Positions 9,535-19,756 of a stretch of DNA of 64,000 bases are shown here, in pieces. The notes under the pieces are model-generated. The model was given only the letters and a program-made list of their open reading frames with translations. It ran no database searches and was not told the DNA's origin. Both the position numbers and the translations under genes were made by a program. The number at the start of each line of letters is the position of its first letter. Position 1 is the stretch's first letter. Source of the stretch: an uncultured virus (IMG/VR IMGVR_UViG_3300002231_004964) (taxonomy: Duplodnaviria; Heunggongvirae; Uroviricota; Caudoviricetes); the IMG/VR virus record IMGVR_UViG_3300002231_004964. One strand, 5' to 3'.

Positions 9535-11964
9535 TTACTCACCCTTGGGAATAAACATATATGCCAAAGCCGCCGCTCCAACAAGGCCCAATGCTTTGAG
9601 CCAATTGGTTTTTTCATCATCGTCTTCGAACGGTTCAGTGAATGTATCAATGCCACGAGTTGCATTTAATTGGATGGCAGGGTCATTCATGGAACGACCT
9701 TGGTGCACTTCATCATACGGGGCTTCTAATCCGTTTGGATATCGAATAAATTCCACATTATCGGCAACTCCGACCTCACTTAGTCGCTTACCTGCCCATG
9801 AATTTTCACCATAACTAAATTGACCTTCTTCTAACCCCATAGGATTAGAATCCCAATCGTACATTTCGTTTAAGTCCTCAATAGTCATTTGAGCCTCTCG
9901 TTCGGCATCGGCTTGATTAGCGTATGTTTGTAAGACTCCATCAGTGACGTCACAGGCTTCCCAACCACCCATTTGATTTTCGGCTACGACATATAAGTCA
10001 TCCCAAGAATCTGATTTAAATGTTTCTTCCGCTCGAGCCTGGATGTTTTGTTGTCCTGAATAGTTTAAAGAAGCGTGGTCGAAATCGCCTTGAATGGCAC
10101 TCGATTCAGTAAGTTCTTTACTGGTGAAATCACCGAGAGAGGTGTCTTTAGTAATGTCCATCAAGGCATCAGCGCCTGCATAAGGGGCGTTAAAAGTTGT
10201 CGGTTTATCAATATATAAATTTTGCCCTTGGAAAGTTCGAGCAGCCTCGGCTAATCGAGTCAATTTAGAGTCAGTTTCAGCCGCTAATACCATCGGAGGT
10301 GGAGTGTAAATTTCCACAACTGTTCTATTTTCGCGTAATTCATCTTCGACTTGGTCGTAAACCGCACGAGTTAAACTGTAATATTTCTCGAAAGGACAAC
10401 TAACTCCTCGAAGGTAATTCGGGTTAGCACCTGCATTCGGGTCTGTGATTTCACAAACACCACCTAGGTCACTTAGTAATTGAGAAGCCGAGATACCACA
10501 AACGTTACATTCGATAAGAGATAAGTCACCCGAAGTAACGTCTTCTTTTTGAGCATTGGCCATGGCTTGCAACATCTTGAAACCAACTACACCCTCCATA
10601 GTCAATTCACGGACATCGACTACATCTAATCCCATAGAAGCGATATACGCATCTTGACGGTCATGAGACATCGTAAGCCAAATTTCGGGTGGGATGCCTA
10701 GTGCAACGCCTACTTGCGTGTCTACAGTTTCCAAGTCTTGGTCAGTTTGCTCTGATTTCATCACTCGTTCAGCCGCCTTTTCCTCTTCTTGGTCATGACT
10801 TTCATGTTCTTCTTCATCAGCCCATTCTCGGAACGAGATGTCACCATGTGCCCGAACTTCTTCATCTAACCACTCACGGAAAGACTCATTCGGATTTTGA
10901 CGGAACTCATGCTTTGATTCACCTAATTCAGTTTCACCCCATTCTTTCAGCGTCATTTCCGCATCGAAACCACGCTCTTTCATTTCATCCTTCCATCGGT
11001 TGGCTTCATCAGGAGTCATATCACCCGACAAAACCATATCTAAAGCAATACCTGCCCACGTACCAGGTTCGGGACGTCGAGACTTTTCGACGACTTCTTC
11101 TTCCACAATTTCAGGGAGAGGTTCTTCAACATCTTGGATTTCCTCTTTAGTCGCTTCTTCGCGCAATCTCTCTTGTTCTAACTCCCATGCGTCCATAGCA
11201 GATTCATCGAAATCTTCTACAAAATTCGGGTCATCGAATTCAGGGCGATAATCATCCATAGTAGGATGGGTGTAGCCGTATTCTCTTTTCCGAGCGGCTT
11301 CTTCCATTTCTCTCTCTTGTTCCGTAGCAAAAATTCCTTCGGGAGGAGAAGAAGGGTCATTGTCTTGGACGATGATGCCTGTCAAATCCGCTTCGGCTTC
11401 ACGTTCAGTCAAAGCGCGTCTAGCCTTGCGAGCGTAATCTTCGGCATCGTCTAGTGCTTCACCTTCATCGACATACTCATCCATGATGACGTCATCGATA
11501 GTTGTGCCGACATTAGTGTCCGCACCATAAGTAACACAAGGGTCTTTACCACATCCGCAGTTTTTCTTTTCAGCCTCGAATGCGTCGATATCACTCGGCT
11601 CATCACCCATTGGGACAGGCTCATCGCCACCAACATCTGCAGGAACTCCTGCATTGTCGGGTTCAGTAGGTCCACCAAGGTCACTCGGTTCGGTATCCAC
11701 AGGCGAATCTTCGGCGAAAACCTCCACCTTTTCGATAGTCATATCAGCCACAGGCATACCTGCAGTCATTTTAGCCGTAATTTCATCATACTTAGCCTTG
11801 GATACAAACGAGTTCGCCTTGTGAATCTTCTTCGTCTCTGGGTCGGTGTAAGTACCGTAAAGCCGATATCGAGTACCACGACTTCCTTCAACGGATGAGC
11901 CGTGTGTAATCTCGACCATTTCCTTACGTTTCAAACCTGCGACGTATAATTCCGTGGAGACCAT
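9535..11964 (-). CDS. Large acidic modular AE-motif protein with C-terminal tail anchor
   Basis: 809 aa; VFAE, FEAE, FDAE, KAAE, LAAE, ARAE; ends WLKALGLVGAAALAYMFIPKGE; TATA at 11987-11995. Confidence 0.8.
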   Translation of the reverse strand: MVSTELYVAGLKRKEMVEITHGSSVEGSRGTRYRLYGTYTDPETKKIHKANSFVSKAKYDEITAKMTAGMPVADMTIEKVEVFAEDSPVDTEPSDLGGPTEPDNAGVPADVGGDEPVPMGDEPSDIDAFEAEKKNCGCGKDPCVTYGADTNVGTTIDDVIMDEYVDEGEALDDAEDYARKARRALTEREAEADLTGIIVQDNDPSSPPEGIFATEQEREMEEAARKREYGYTHPTMDDYRPEFDDPNFVEDFDESAMDAWELEQERLREEATKEEIQDVEEPLPEIVEEEVVEKSRRPEPGTWAGIALDMVLSGDMTPDEANRWKDEMKERGFDAEMTLKEWGETELGESKHEFRQNPNESFREWLDEEVRAHGDISFREWADEEEHESHDQEEEKAAERVMKSEQTDQDLETVDTQVGVALGIPPEIWLTMSHDRQDAYIASMGLDVVDVRELTMEGVVGFKMLQAMANAQKEDVTSGDLSLIECNVCGISASQLLSDLGGVCEITDPNAGANPNYLRGVSCPFEKYYSLTRAVYDQVEDELRENRTVVEIYTPPPMVLAAETDSKLTRLAEAARTFQGQNLYIDKPTTFNAPYAGADALMDITKDTSLGDFTSKELTESSAIQGDFDHASLNYSGQQNIQARAEETFKSDSWDDLYVVAENQMGGWEACDVTDGVLQTYANQADAEREAQMTIEDLNEMYDWDSNPMGLEEGQFSYGENSWAGKRLSEVGVADNVEFIRYPNGLEAPYDEVHQGRSMNDPAIQLNATRGIDTFTEPFEDDDEKTNWLKALGLVGAAALAYMFIPKGE

Positions 11965-12029
11965 ACTATCTAATCACCTACGCAACTACTTAAAGTTTAT
12001 GAAACCTGCTCGGTTTAGGCTTAGGGGGC

Positions 12030-12662
12030 TTAAAGCCACTTAAACTTTTCTGCGGAATGGTTAGGTCTAAGAACGACACCAGAGTTGCGACCCGAACTAG
12101 CGTTGAAATCACCGATATTTCCCATAGCACTGCTTAGATTCATCGGGTTCGAGAAGTCGATACCTAATCCTATACCTGTTTTCGTATCAGTAAAGAATGT
12201 TTGAGCCGCTTTAGTTTGCTCGGCAGCACGTTCCGCTTCGGCTTCGGCTTCGGCTTCAAGTTCTTGTTGTTCGGCTTGTCGACGAATGTAACGTTCTGTT
12301 GCTCGAACAAGAGATTCGGCCTGTTTGACACTTCGTTCGGCCGAATGATTCGTCATTCCACGACCCAACAATAAGACTCCACTCAATACACCGACACCTA
12401 GTACAGTGTAAATAGCAGTTGAAGCATCAGTTATACCCTTAACTTTCGCGTAAGCCGTACCTAGAAGACCAGTAGCCATTCCTGCGACGCTCAAAGCCGC
12501 GAGACCCTTACTCATTTTAGAAGATAAAAGACTAGACTTAATCGACGGAGACTCTACATTAGAGTCCGCATCATTTGCAATGTCATTTTCAACATCTGCT
12601 TGAACCGCTTCTTCAGACCCGAGTGCCGAGAAAATTCCTTCGGCTAATTTTGAATAATCCAT
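12030..12662 (-). CDS. Two-TM membrane protein with AE motifs
   Basis: NHSAE twice, KQAE; RBS GAGGTG. Confidence 0.7.
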   Translation of the reverse strand: MDYSKLAEGIFSALGSEEAVQADVENDIANDADSNVESPSIKSSLLSSKMSKGLAALSVAGMATGLLGTAYAKVKGITDASTAIYTVLGVGVLSGVLLLGRGMTNHSAERSVKQAESLVRATERYIRRQAEQQELEAEAEAEAERAAEQTKAAQTFFTDTKTGIGLGIDFSNPMNLSSAMGNIGDFNASSGRNSGVVLRPNHSAEKFKWL

Positions 12663-12673
12663 TTCGTGTCACC

Positions 12674-13024
12674 TCAGAATACAGATTGACCGAGAGCGGC
12701 TCCGTAATTCTGACCGACAGCCTGAACGACTCTTGCATCTGCCGCCCAAGAACTGGAATCAGGCAAATTGGAAGCAGAGTAGTTCACGGTTTGACCAACT
12801 GCCATACCTGATGAATTACCCGTATCAGTTTCGACCTTAGAAACTGAACCGTAGTTAGTCGCTAAAGGAATGCCCGATGCGGCTACAACTTCGGTACGCT
12901 TAGTAGTTTCGGCTCGTTTTAGGTATTCAGCCGCCTTGGGGATAATGTCAAACTTTTGACCTGCGTAAACGGCAGCGACAATAGCCGCTGCGAAGACAGT
13001 TATCTTACCAATTTTTTCCCACAC
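12674..13024 (-). CDS. N-terminally anchored small protein with AE motifs
   Basis: N-terminal TM; KAAE, KRAET; RBS AGGTGA. Confidence 0.65.
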   Translation of the reverse strand: MWEKIGKITVFAAAIVAAVYAGQKFDIIPKAAEYLKRAETTKRTEVVAASGIPLATNYGSVSKVETDTGNSSGMAVGQTVNYSASNLPDSSSWAADARVVQAVGQNYGAALGQSVF

Positions 13025-13076
13025 GTTAAGTCACCTGTAATAATAGATTGTCATCACTGATATTTAAAGATACCGT

Positions 13077-13439
13077 TTAAGGCATCATATTGAGTCCGAG
13101 CAAAACCGAGAGCACGGCGAGAAATCCTGTACCTGTGTATTTGACTACTTGTCCCGAAATGTAACGCTTCATATCAACTAATGGCTTTAATTCCGTTTTC
13201 ATAGTATTCATATCATCGCGCATGGTTTCAACCGAAGTTTGTAGGCCACGAACATCCATTTTAAGGTCGGCTACATCGGTTTTAACGAGTCCAATACTGA
13301 TTCGAGAATCATCCACGTAACTTCGGATATCTACCTTTAATTCTCGCATCTCATCATGCATCGATACTCGTTCATTGATTAAATCTGTTAAAGTCCCTAA
13401 TTTAGTCAAGACTTCTCGAATTTCCTCCGAGTCACTCAT
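13077..13439 (-). CDS. Coiled-coil protein with C-terminal TM
   Basis: Heptad pattern; ends GFLAVLSVLLGLNMMP; TATA near 13463. Confidence 0.7.
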   Translation of the reverse strand: MSDSEEIREVLTKLGTLTDLINERVSMHDEMRELKVDIRSYVDDSRISIGLVKTDVADLKMDVRGLQTSVETMRDDMNTMKTELKPLVDMKRYISGQVVKYTGTGFLAVLSVLLGLNMMP

Positions 13440-13488
13440 ACCTATCATTATTTAGGCTCAACTACTTAAACTTTACGAGAACATCTCA

Positions 13489-14887
13489 CTAGTGGGTGTA
13501 GCCGTTACACCTATTTCCTTTAGGGTCAATTTCCTTCATTTTCTTGACTTGGTTTAACGATTCTTCTAATACTTTAGAGGTGATTTCTTCGTCTCCATTC
13601 TCAATAGTAATTAAGTAAGCCGTAGTCACAACCTCACGCAAATAAGCACCTGTTAAGCCCTCCGACCCTTTAGCAATTTTATCAATAGAAATACGAGACG
13701 TCTTGAACTTGCTTAAATATTTCTTAAGGATATCCCGTCTTAAAATCAACATCTGGAATCGGGAATTCAATTCGGATATCAAATCGACCAGGTCGGTCGG
13801 CTAACGCGCGGTCTAGATATTGAGGATAATTCGTAGTAGCGACTGTGACAACATTTCCTGCAGGCCCTAATCCATTAAGAGAGGCTAGCAATTCCCCTAA
13901 TAGTGGATGACTTGCCCCATCTCTTCGGTCGAGACCTCCAAGAGTGTCGATATCTTCAATAATCATAAGTGTAGGGGCAAGTTTCTCGGCTAAAGCGTAA
14001 ATATTTTTAATTTCACGTAAATTTTCCACCGTGTCGTTGGAAACACATATAACCGTACAATCAACTTGATTAATTATAGCCTCACAGGTCATGGTTTTAC
14101 CAGTTCCAGGTGCACCGTAAAGCAGAATTCCTCGGCTTTTGCTCAATCCCTTAGAAGCAAATAAGTCGGAATTTTTCAAAAAGGAAAGCACATTCCGATT
14201 AATTTTTGAACGCGCTTCATCTTGTAAAACGACTTCTCCAAATTCCGTTGCTAATGGTTTTATATACTCCCATTTATTATTGATAATTTGTCCTTTCAAG
14301 GGCCCTTCTGTGCAAAAGTAATCTTTTACGGCATCCCAAAATGAACGTACAATTGAGTCTTCTCGCAAGTAGTGAGTTCGGAATTCAAGATAACCGTCAC
14401 CACCATCCAAATAGGCTTCTAGTTCGAAGACTACTAAGTTCCCGAATTGTTTATGTTGGGCGAAAATAAAGCCCTCACAAAGTAAACTTTCTTTTTGACT
14501 CGGTCCTACTTCAAATTCGCGATACTTTGGTGCAACTTCCTTATCCGAACCATCAATCGTACGGTTGAAGTTAGTAATTTTTTTAACATCAAAGTCTCGA
14601 ACGACGACATCGTGAAAACATTTGATATTGGCTGAAATTTCGTGTTGCACAAAATCTTTGTGATAAGATTCGAAATCCTCCGAACCTAAAAAACTTTGAA
14701 TGGCATCTAATCTTGCGTCCTTTTTGGTTAAGTTACCGAGACAGTACTGAAACACCGTCGACATTTCTTTGACAGGAACGACGAATTCACGACGCTCGAA
14801 ATCGTAAGAAATGTTTAAAGTTTCGGGTACATCGGCTATTTTCTTCAATGTACCATCTTCGTCATAATGATTCCATGATTGTTCCAT
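13489..14887 (-). CDS. AAA-family ATPase (frameshift near 13745)
   Basis: Walker A GAPGTGKT, Walker B IIEDID, SRH ALADRPGRFD; lid region continues in 13489..13782. Confidence 0.9.
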
Positions 14888-14923
14888 ACTGTAAGTAGTG
14901 CTCTGATACCTACTTAAAGCGTA

Positions 14924-15730
14924 TTAATTTTCTTCACGAACTAAACCATTTCCCGAAAGATAGTAATCATGTCGTTCTCTAAAAATTTCCTTTGAACGTT
15001 CCAACCTTTCAATGCGGTCGGAATCCGTACCTCCAAGTTGTTGACCTCCTTGCGTAGTTTGCTCGGAATGTGCACGATGCTCACCTGTTACGGCAGGAAT
15101 TTGAACACCACAATTACGCAACGCTAGTAATCGCAACCAAAGGTCTTGGTCTTCTCCCAAACAAAGTTCGGTATCAAAACCAAACTCAAGGGATTCAAAA
15201 TCGGACCGTCGAATAGCCACTTGACTCGTCATCAAGGGACTTAAACAAATCGCTTTATGTTGCTCTCGACGAGTCATACGGTCATAATCAATAATATGGC
15301 TAGAGATACGATGAACTCGATGAGTTTCACCAGATTTCGGAAATACTAATTCAATATAACAATCAGCCGCAGTCCAATAAACGACACCGTCGGGTTCATC
15401 ACGCATGTAATTCACAAACTCAATGAGATGCTCATCATACCAATAATCATCGCCATCCAAGAAAGCAATATATGGATTATCTCCAAGCGCAATACCTTGA
15501 TTACGGGCTTGAGAAACTCCACGACCCGTTTGTCGCACATAACAAATTCTACTGTCGGATACGAACGTGTCAACCACGAACATCATCTCCTCGTACTGGG
15601 GCCAATCTTCGGGCGTTCCATCAACAATGTAACACTGCCAATCCGAAACGGTTTGCCTTTGAATGGAAGCAAGACATTGCTCTAGCCACTCAGGTTTAAT
15701 TCTGTAAATAGGCACAATTATGTCGAACAT
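14924..15730 (-). CDS. Glycosyltransferase family 2
   Basis: IIVPIY, CLASI..QT, GVSQARNQG, AFLDGDD, EDQDLWLR. Confidence 0.9.
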   Translation of the reverse strand: MFDIIVPIYRIKPEWLEQCLASIQRQTVSDWQCYIVDGTPEDWPQYEEMMFVVDTFVSDSRICYVRQTGRGVSQARNQGIALGDNPYIAFLDGDDYWYDEHLIEFVNYMRDEPDGVVYWTAADCYIELVFPKSGETHRVHRISSHIIDYDRMTRREQHKAICLSPLMTSQVAIRRSDFESLEFGFDTELCLGEDQDLWLRLLALRNCGVQIPAVTGEHRAHSEQTTQGGQQLGGTDSDRIERLERSKEIFRERHDYYLSGNGLVREEN

Positions 15731-15755
15731 ACCTTTGCATAGCGTGAACCTGTAT

Positions 15756-16103
15756 TTAAGAGTTCTTACGATGAGGGTTGTAAGGAATCATGGATTGATA
15801 CTCGTAATCACGCACTGCACCGCAACAAGTGCACTCTTGACGGTCGTGAATTTCTCGATACCGACGATGTTGCTTGAAATAAAGATTCTTAACTGTAACC
15901 CACTGATGCTTGGTTGATTGCGATAAGGCACATTCCACCTCGTCTACAGCGATATTCTCATATGATTTCGTGCCGCATCGGCGACAACTCCATATTTGAC
16001 GCACGACTCCATCACCGATAGCCGCCGAGGTAACATGCTTTAAAATGCACGGTCTATTGGCTTTCGAACGTGAACACGCAGTTTCAGTAAATCTAACTCC
16101 CAT
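15756..16103 (-). CDS. Cys/His-rich Zn-finger protein
   Basis: CRRCG, CTCCG; TTCATAAG box 22 nt upstream of ATG 16103 (longer ATG at 16184 possible). Confidence 0.6.
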   Translation of the reverse strand: MGVRFTETACSRSKANRPCILKHVTSAAIGDGVVRQIWSCRRCGTKSYENIAVDEVECALSQSTKHQWVTVKNLYFKQHRRYREIHDRQECTCCGAVRDYEYQSMIPYNPHRKNS

Positions 16104-16140
16104 ATTATTGGAAGATAACGCCACCCTTATGAATGTTTCG

Positions 16141-16194
16141 TAGACGGGGGCACTCCACCAACAGAAGTGATGGAGTGGGTGCATCCCCCGTCTA
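16141..16194 (-). ncRNA. Putative small hairpin RNA or structured leader
   Basis: TAGACGGGGG/CCCCCGTCTA 10-bp stem, 7-nt bulge, CACTCCATCA/TGGTGGAGTG stem with one G-U; CTTTAAGTA at 16216-16224. Confidence 0.55.
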
Positions 16195-16232
16195 ATTTAA
16201 GGTAGGTTTTCTTCCTACTTAAAGGTTAACTC

Positions 16233-17165
16233 TCACAGGTCGTCTAAAAATGCCCATTCTTCATCTTCGGTCGTCATAAGGTGTTGCCAATCAGGGTTGT
16301 CAGGAGGAAGTGGAGAAGCGTAAAAAAAGGCAAAGGCATCCATACTCCGACGATTAGGTATATCTCCACAACAATCCATACGTTCAACTCCTTTTAATTC
16401 CGCGGCACCAGACATACGTTGCAACCATGACCAATATTCAACCGTGATGTCTTTAGGTCGAGTAGAATTAACTAGGCTTGGAAAACGACGACACCAATCA
16501 CTAATGGCAGTCATCGTCTTGAAATCATCAGGTTTTTTGGCTAGTGAATCTTCGTGTTCTAAATGATAAGCCGTGATTGCATCAATGTATTGCGGGTGTG
16601 CCTCGGGTAAAAGACTTAAACGTAGCCCTAAGTCGGTATCTTCAAGAACAGGAAGCCGTTCATCAAAGCCTGCAACTGTGTCGAAATGTTCGCGAGGAAC
16701 GACTAAGGTAGTCGGCCAAACAGGTGTGTCTCGATAAAATAATCCTGCAGTCCCTGGTAAAACGTGTTGAGCGTCTAAATAACGCCCACCCACATAGGAT
16801 AGTTCATAATCTTGACCTGCTTCAAAAGCCGTGTGGTAAAAGACGGCATTTGTATTTAGGTGAGGAACAAAACTGGCTAAATGGTGGTCGTACCAGTAAT
16901 CATCAGCATCTAAGAATGCTAAATAGGGGTTCGAGCCTGCGGTTGCACCTTGATTTCGCGCCCCTGCTACGAATTTACGTGACTCATCTTGAATTAACCA
17001 AGTAAATTTATCCATAGGATACGCACTGCGTATAGTAGAGGGAATTTCAGTAGTCGAAACTACGTAACAATGCCAATCCGTAAAGGTTTGAGCAATGACA
17101 CTATCTAAACAAGTGGTTAAATACTGGTCAGGTGTGTCCTTAGAAGGAATAATAACATCAAACAT
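16233..17165 (-). CDS. Glycosyltransferase family 2 (paralogue of 14924..15730)
   Basis: MFDVIIP, CLDSVIAQT, AGARNQG, AFLDADD, EDTDLGLR. Confidence 0.9.
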   Translation of the reverse strand: MFDVIIPSKDTPDQYLTTCLDSVIAQTFTDWHCYVVSTTEIPSTIRSAYPMDKFTWLIQDESRKFVAGARNQGATAGSNPYLAFLDADDYWYDHHLASFVPHLNTNAVFYHTAFEAGQDYELSYVGGRYLDAQHVLPGTAGLFYRDTPVWPTTLVVPREHFDTVAGFDERLPVLEDTDLGLRLSLLPEAHPQYIDAITAYHLEHEDSLAKKPDDFKTMTAISDWCRRFPSLVNSTRPKDITVEYWSWLQRMSGAAELKGVERMDCCGDIPNRRSMDAFAFFYASPLPPDNPDWQHLMTTEDEEWAFLDDL

Positions 17166-17173
17166 GATAGTGA

Positions 17174-17398
17174 TTACGGCCACTTTCTATTTAACTCTTC
17201 TTGCTGTCTTCGTCGTTGAATTCGACGTGTTTTCCACCATTTAGCAAATCGATGAGTAAGGTAAACTAAGACGACTAAAAGTAAAATTTCACCTAAGAGT
17301 TGTAAGCCTGTATGCCAAGTCGCCTCGGCTTCAACACACCAAACAGGAAAATCGTCGGGTGCAGGACTGTAATCATCAACACAAGATTCAAATTTCAT
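17174..17398 (-). CDS. Small single-TM membrane protein
   Basis: LLGEILLLVVLVYL followed by basic tail. Confidence 0.65.
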   Translation of the reverse strand: MKFESCVDDYSPAPDDFPVWCVEAEATWHTGLQLLGEILLLVVLVYLTHRFAKWWKTRRIQRRRQQEELNRKWP

Positions 17399-18226
17399 AG
17401 TGTGCCTTCTAATAGTTGGCGCTTATACCAGTCGACATTTTCAGGTTTAACGGCAATACCCATCTCAACTAGTTTCGTCGCGATAAGGGCATCAGGCCCA
17501 TCATAAAGAGTGTATTGAACAAGACAACACAAGTCTTCTTTTCCAAACAAACCTGGTGCGGAATAATTATATGTGCGGTTGATACCGATGGCTCCACGGC
17601 TATCGTTGTAAACGGTAACTTGAACATCCCATTGTTGACCAGGGAGGATATAGATAGGAGATTCAAAATCAAAGGTGGAACGGCATGAAGCCGTTTCAGG
17701 ACACGGACTTGCCGAACCAGGTAAACCAGGTCCGACAGTGCCATCAGTTTCATCGAAGTAACTAGTAGTGTTGATGAGGACTTGCATAAACATTAAAGGC
17801 CCTGCAATACTCGTAAATGGATTAACGTGGGTAGTTTGAAATGTTAATTCAGGTGCGTTACCACCATTAGGAGTGTAAGTAGGGTTCGGTGAGTTCACGA
17901 CGTTGCCTGGGTTGGCAGGATTTGTCTCAATTCCTGTAGCAATCCCCGCCGCTCCTGCAGGGCCGCCTAATGTTTTGTAGAGAGTAGTTACGGCAGCACC
18001 CGATAAAAAGAAAGACGGTGAACAACGGATGTTGTCAATAGCAACGAATTGCGTCGCCTTGGTCGCGGCAGGTTCAGTAATATTATTACCGATACCACCT
18101 GTGAAGATGGAAAATGGAATACCCGCAATCTGTTCGAAAGTTGTACCTTGGCTAGGGGTCAGCGAATGGGAAACCATTAGTTTGTCGATTAATTTGCCAC
18201 TCGTATAGTTGTCGTCTCATACTCAT
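17395..18226 (-). CDS. Capsid-like paralogue 4 (YDGPDALIA family); frameshift near 18155
   Basis: N-terminus MSMRRQLYEW at 18226 (TAATG overlap) matches paralogues; NNITEPAATKATQF, YILPGQ.WD, YTLYDGPDALIA, NVDWYKR. Confidence 0.75.
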
Positions 18227-18912
18227 TACTGACCGCCTCCTACTTCCGCAAGTAATTGACGTTTATACCAATCAACATTAGACATGCTAACAGGATAACC
18301 CATTTCAACTAATTTTGATGCAATCAAAGCATCAGGACCGTCATATACAGAATAAGTAGTAAAACTAATGCAAGTATCACCAGGGAGGATAACATCTCCA
18401 CCTTGTAGTACAGTTCCCGAGACGGCCGTAAGTGGGATGAATTTATTTTCAAAGGTTTGCCCTGGTAAGATGTAAATAGGTTGATTAAGTTTGTTCATCG
18501 AGTAGGTGTATTGTCCTGGATTACCTGCGGCAATACCTTGCGTGTCGTTATTTTCGGCACCATCAGGGAATGGATATGCCAAACCAGGGAAGGCAGACAC
18601 GTCAGTCGAAGTGCCATCAGGGTTAACGTTGTAAGCCGTAGTATTAACAATAGGCTTGACACGACCCTGTTGATTGATAGAACAAAGCGGTTTTTCAATC
18701 ACAATGAATTGCGTGGCCGTAGCCGACGTAGGCATAGTCAAACTAGGTCCAATTGAATCTGAGAAGGTGTCGGTATTCGTACCTGCCGTAATATTAGTGG
18801 GTCTAGGATTAGTGATGTATCCAGTTGTCCCTGGATAATCGCCTGTTAGGTTGGCCGCTACTGTAAATTGACCACCATTTAACCATAATCGATTAACACT
18901 ACGGGCTGACAT
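18226..18912 (-). CDS. Capsid-like paralogue 3
   Basis: TATQFIVIE, PIYILPGQ, YDGPDALIASKLVEMG, NVDWYKR; TATA at 18935-18943. Confidence 0.75.
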   Translation of the reverse strand: MSARSVNRLWLNGGQFTVAANLTGDYPGTTGYITNPRPTNITAGTNTDTFSDSIGPSLTMPTSATATQFIVIEKPLCSINQQGRVKPIVNTTAYNVNPDGTSTDVSAFPGLAYPFPDGAENNDTQGIAAGNPGQYTYSMNKLNQPIYILPGQTFENKFIPLTAVSGTVLQGGDVILPGDTCISFTTYSVYDGPDALIASKLVEMGYPVSMSNVDWYKRQLLAEVGGGQ

Positions 18913-18951
18913 ACTCTCTAGTTGTCCGTTCTACTACTTAAAGTATTCGAC

Positions 18952-19062
18952 GAAAGAAAACGTAAATTGAAAAAGCCCCCNCTCCGTCAACCGAAGCAGG
19001 GGCTCTAACTTCCCCGCAGGAAGTTAGTTCATGGAAACTAAAACCTTTCAACTACTGTTGAC
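18952..19062 (-). terminator. Multi-hairpin 3' element ending in a GC stem plus U-tract
   Basis: TCAAC/GTTGA, CTAACTTCC/GGAAGTTAG and AGCCCC...GGGGCT stems followed by TTTT, downstream of 19067..19756. Confidence 0.6.
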
Positions 19063-19066
19063 CGAC

Positions 19067-19756
19067 TCACATNCCTTGACTTTGAATCAAGGTTCGCTTG
19101 TACCAGTCAACGTTACCTGGGTTGACGGAAATACCCATCTCCAANAGTTTGTTGGCGATAAGAGCATCTGGTCCATCATACAGGGTGTACTTGACGAAGC
19201 ACTGTAGAGCGCCTGAAGCCAAAGTTCCTGCAGTAGGTGCAGCACCTGGGGTAAGGTAGTTGTTGCTTTGGTAAGCAGTAACACGAACGTCCCATGTCTG
19301 ACCTGGCAAGACGTAAACGTCAGGGTACAGGTTGAAACAAGGTTGGAAGTTCACACTTCGTGGGTATGGACTTGCTGAACCTGGAACACCGTCGTTTCCG
19401 ACGTTGTCTGGGTCTAGGAAGTAATCCGTGGTGTTGATACGGATTTGCACATACGCACGAGGTCCTGCAATACCTGTAGAACCACCAGATGTGGTGTTAG
19501 TTGGTAGACCTCGGTAGGTTTGTCCAGAATTACTCGCTTGAGAGCGCACGTGTTGCACGAAAGCGGACGGCGTAACAGCGATATCTTCGATTACACAGAA
19601 CTGGGTTGCAGTGGTTTCAGCAGGCTTGGTAATGTTGTTACCGAATCCACCGACGAAGATGGAAAGGGCCGAACCGAATTGTGTAGTAGTCATTGCAGTA
19701 CCACTGACAGCGGTGCGGTTAGCGTCCCATTCATAGACTTGGCTACGCATTGACAT
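19067..19756 (-). CDS. Capsid-like paralogue 2 (candidate major capsid protein)
   Basis: MSMRSQVYEW, NNITKPAETTATQF, YVLPGQTWD, VKYTLYDGPDALIANK; RBS GGAGGTG. Confidence 0.75.
   Translation of the reverse strand: MSMRSQVYEWDANRTAVSGTAMTTTQFGSALSIFVGGFGNNITKPAETTATQFCVIEDIAVTPSAFVQHVRSQASNSGQTYRGLPTNTTSGGSTGIAGPRAYVQIRINTTDYFLDPDNVGNDGVPGSASPYPRSVNFQPCFNLYPDVYVLPGQTWDVRVTAYQSNNYLTPGAAPTAGTLASGALQCFVKYTLYDGPDALIANKXLEMGISVNPGNVDWYKRTLIQSQXM

Noticed and set aside
16141..16194. tRNA gene
   Set aside because: Single bulged hairpin; no cloverleaf or T-loop consensus. No tRNA or rRNA was recognised in the window
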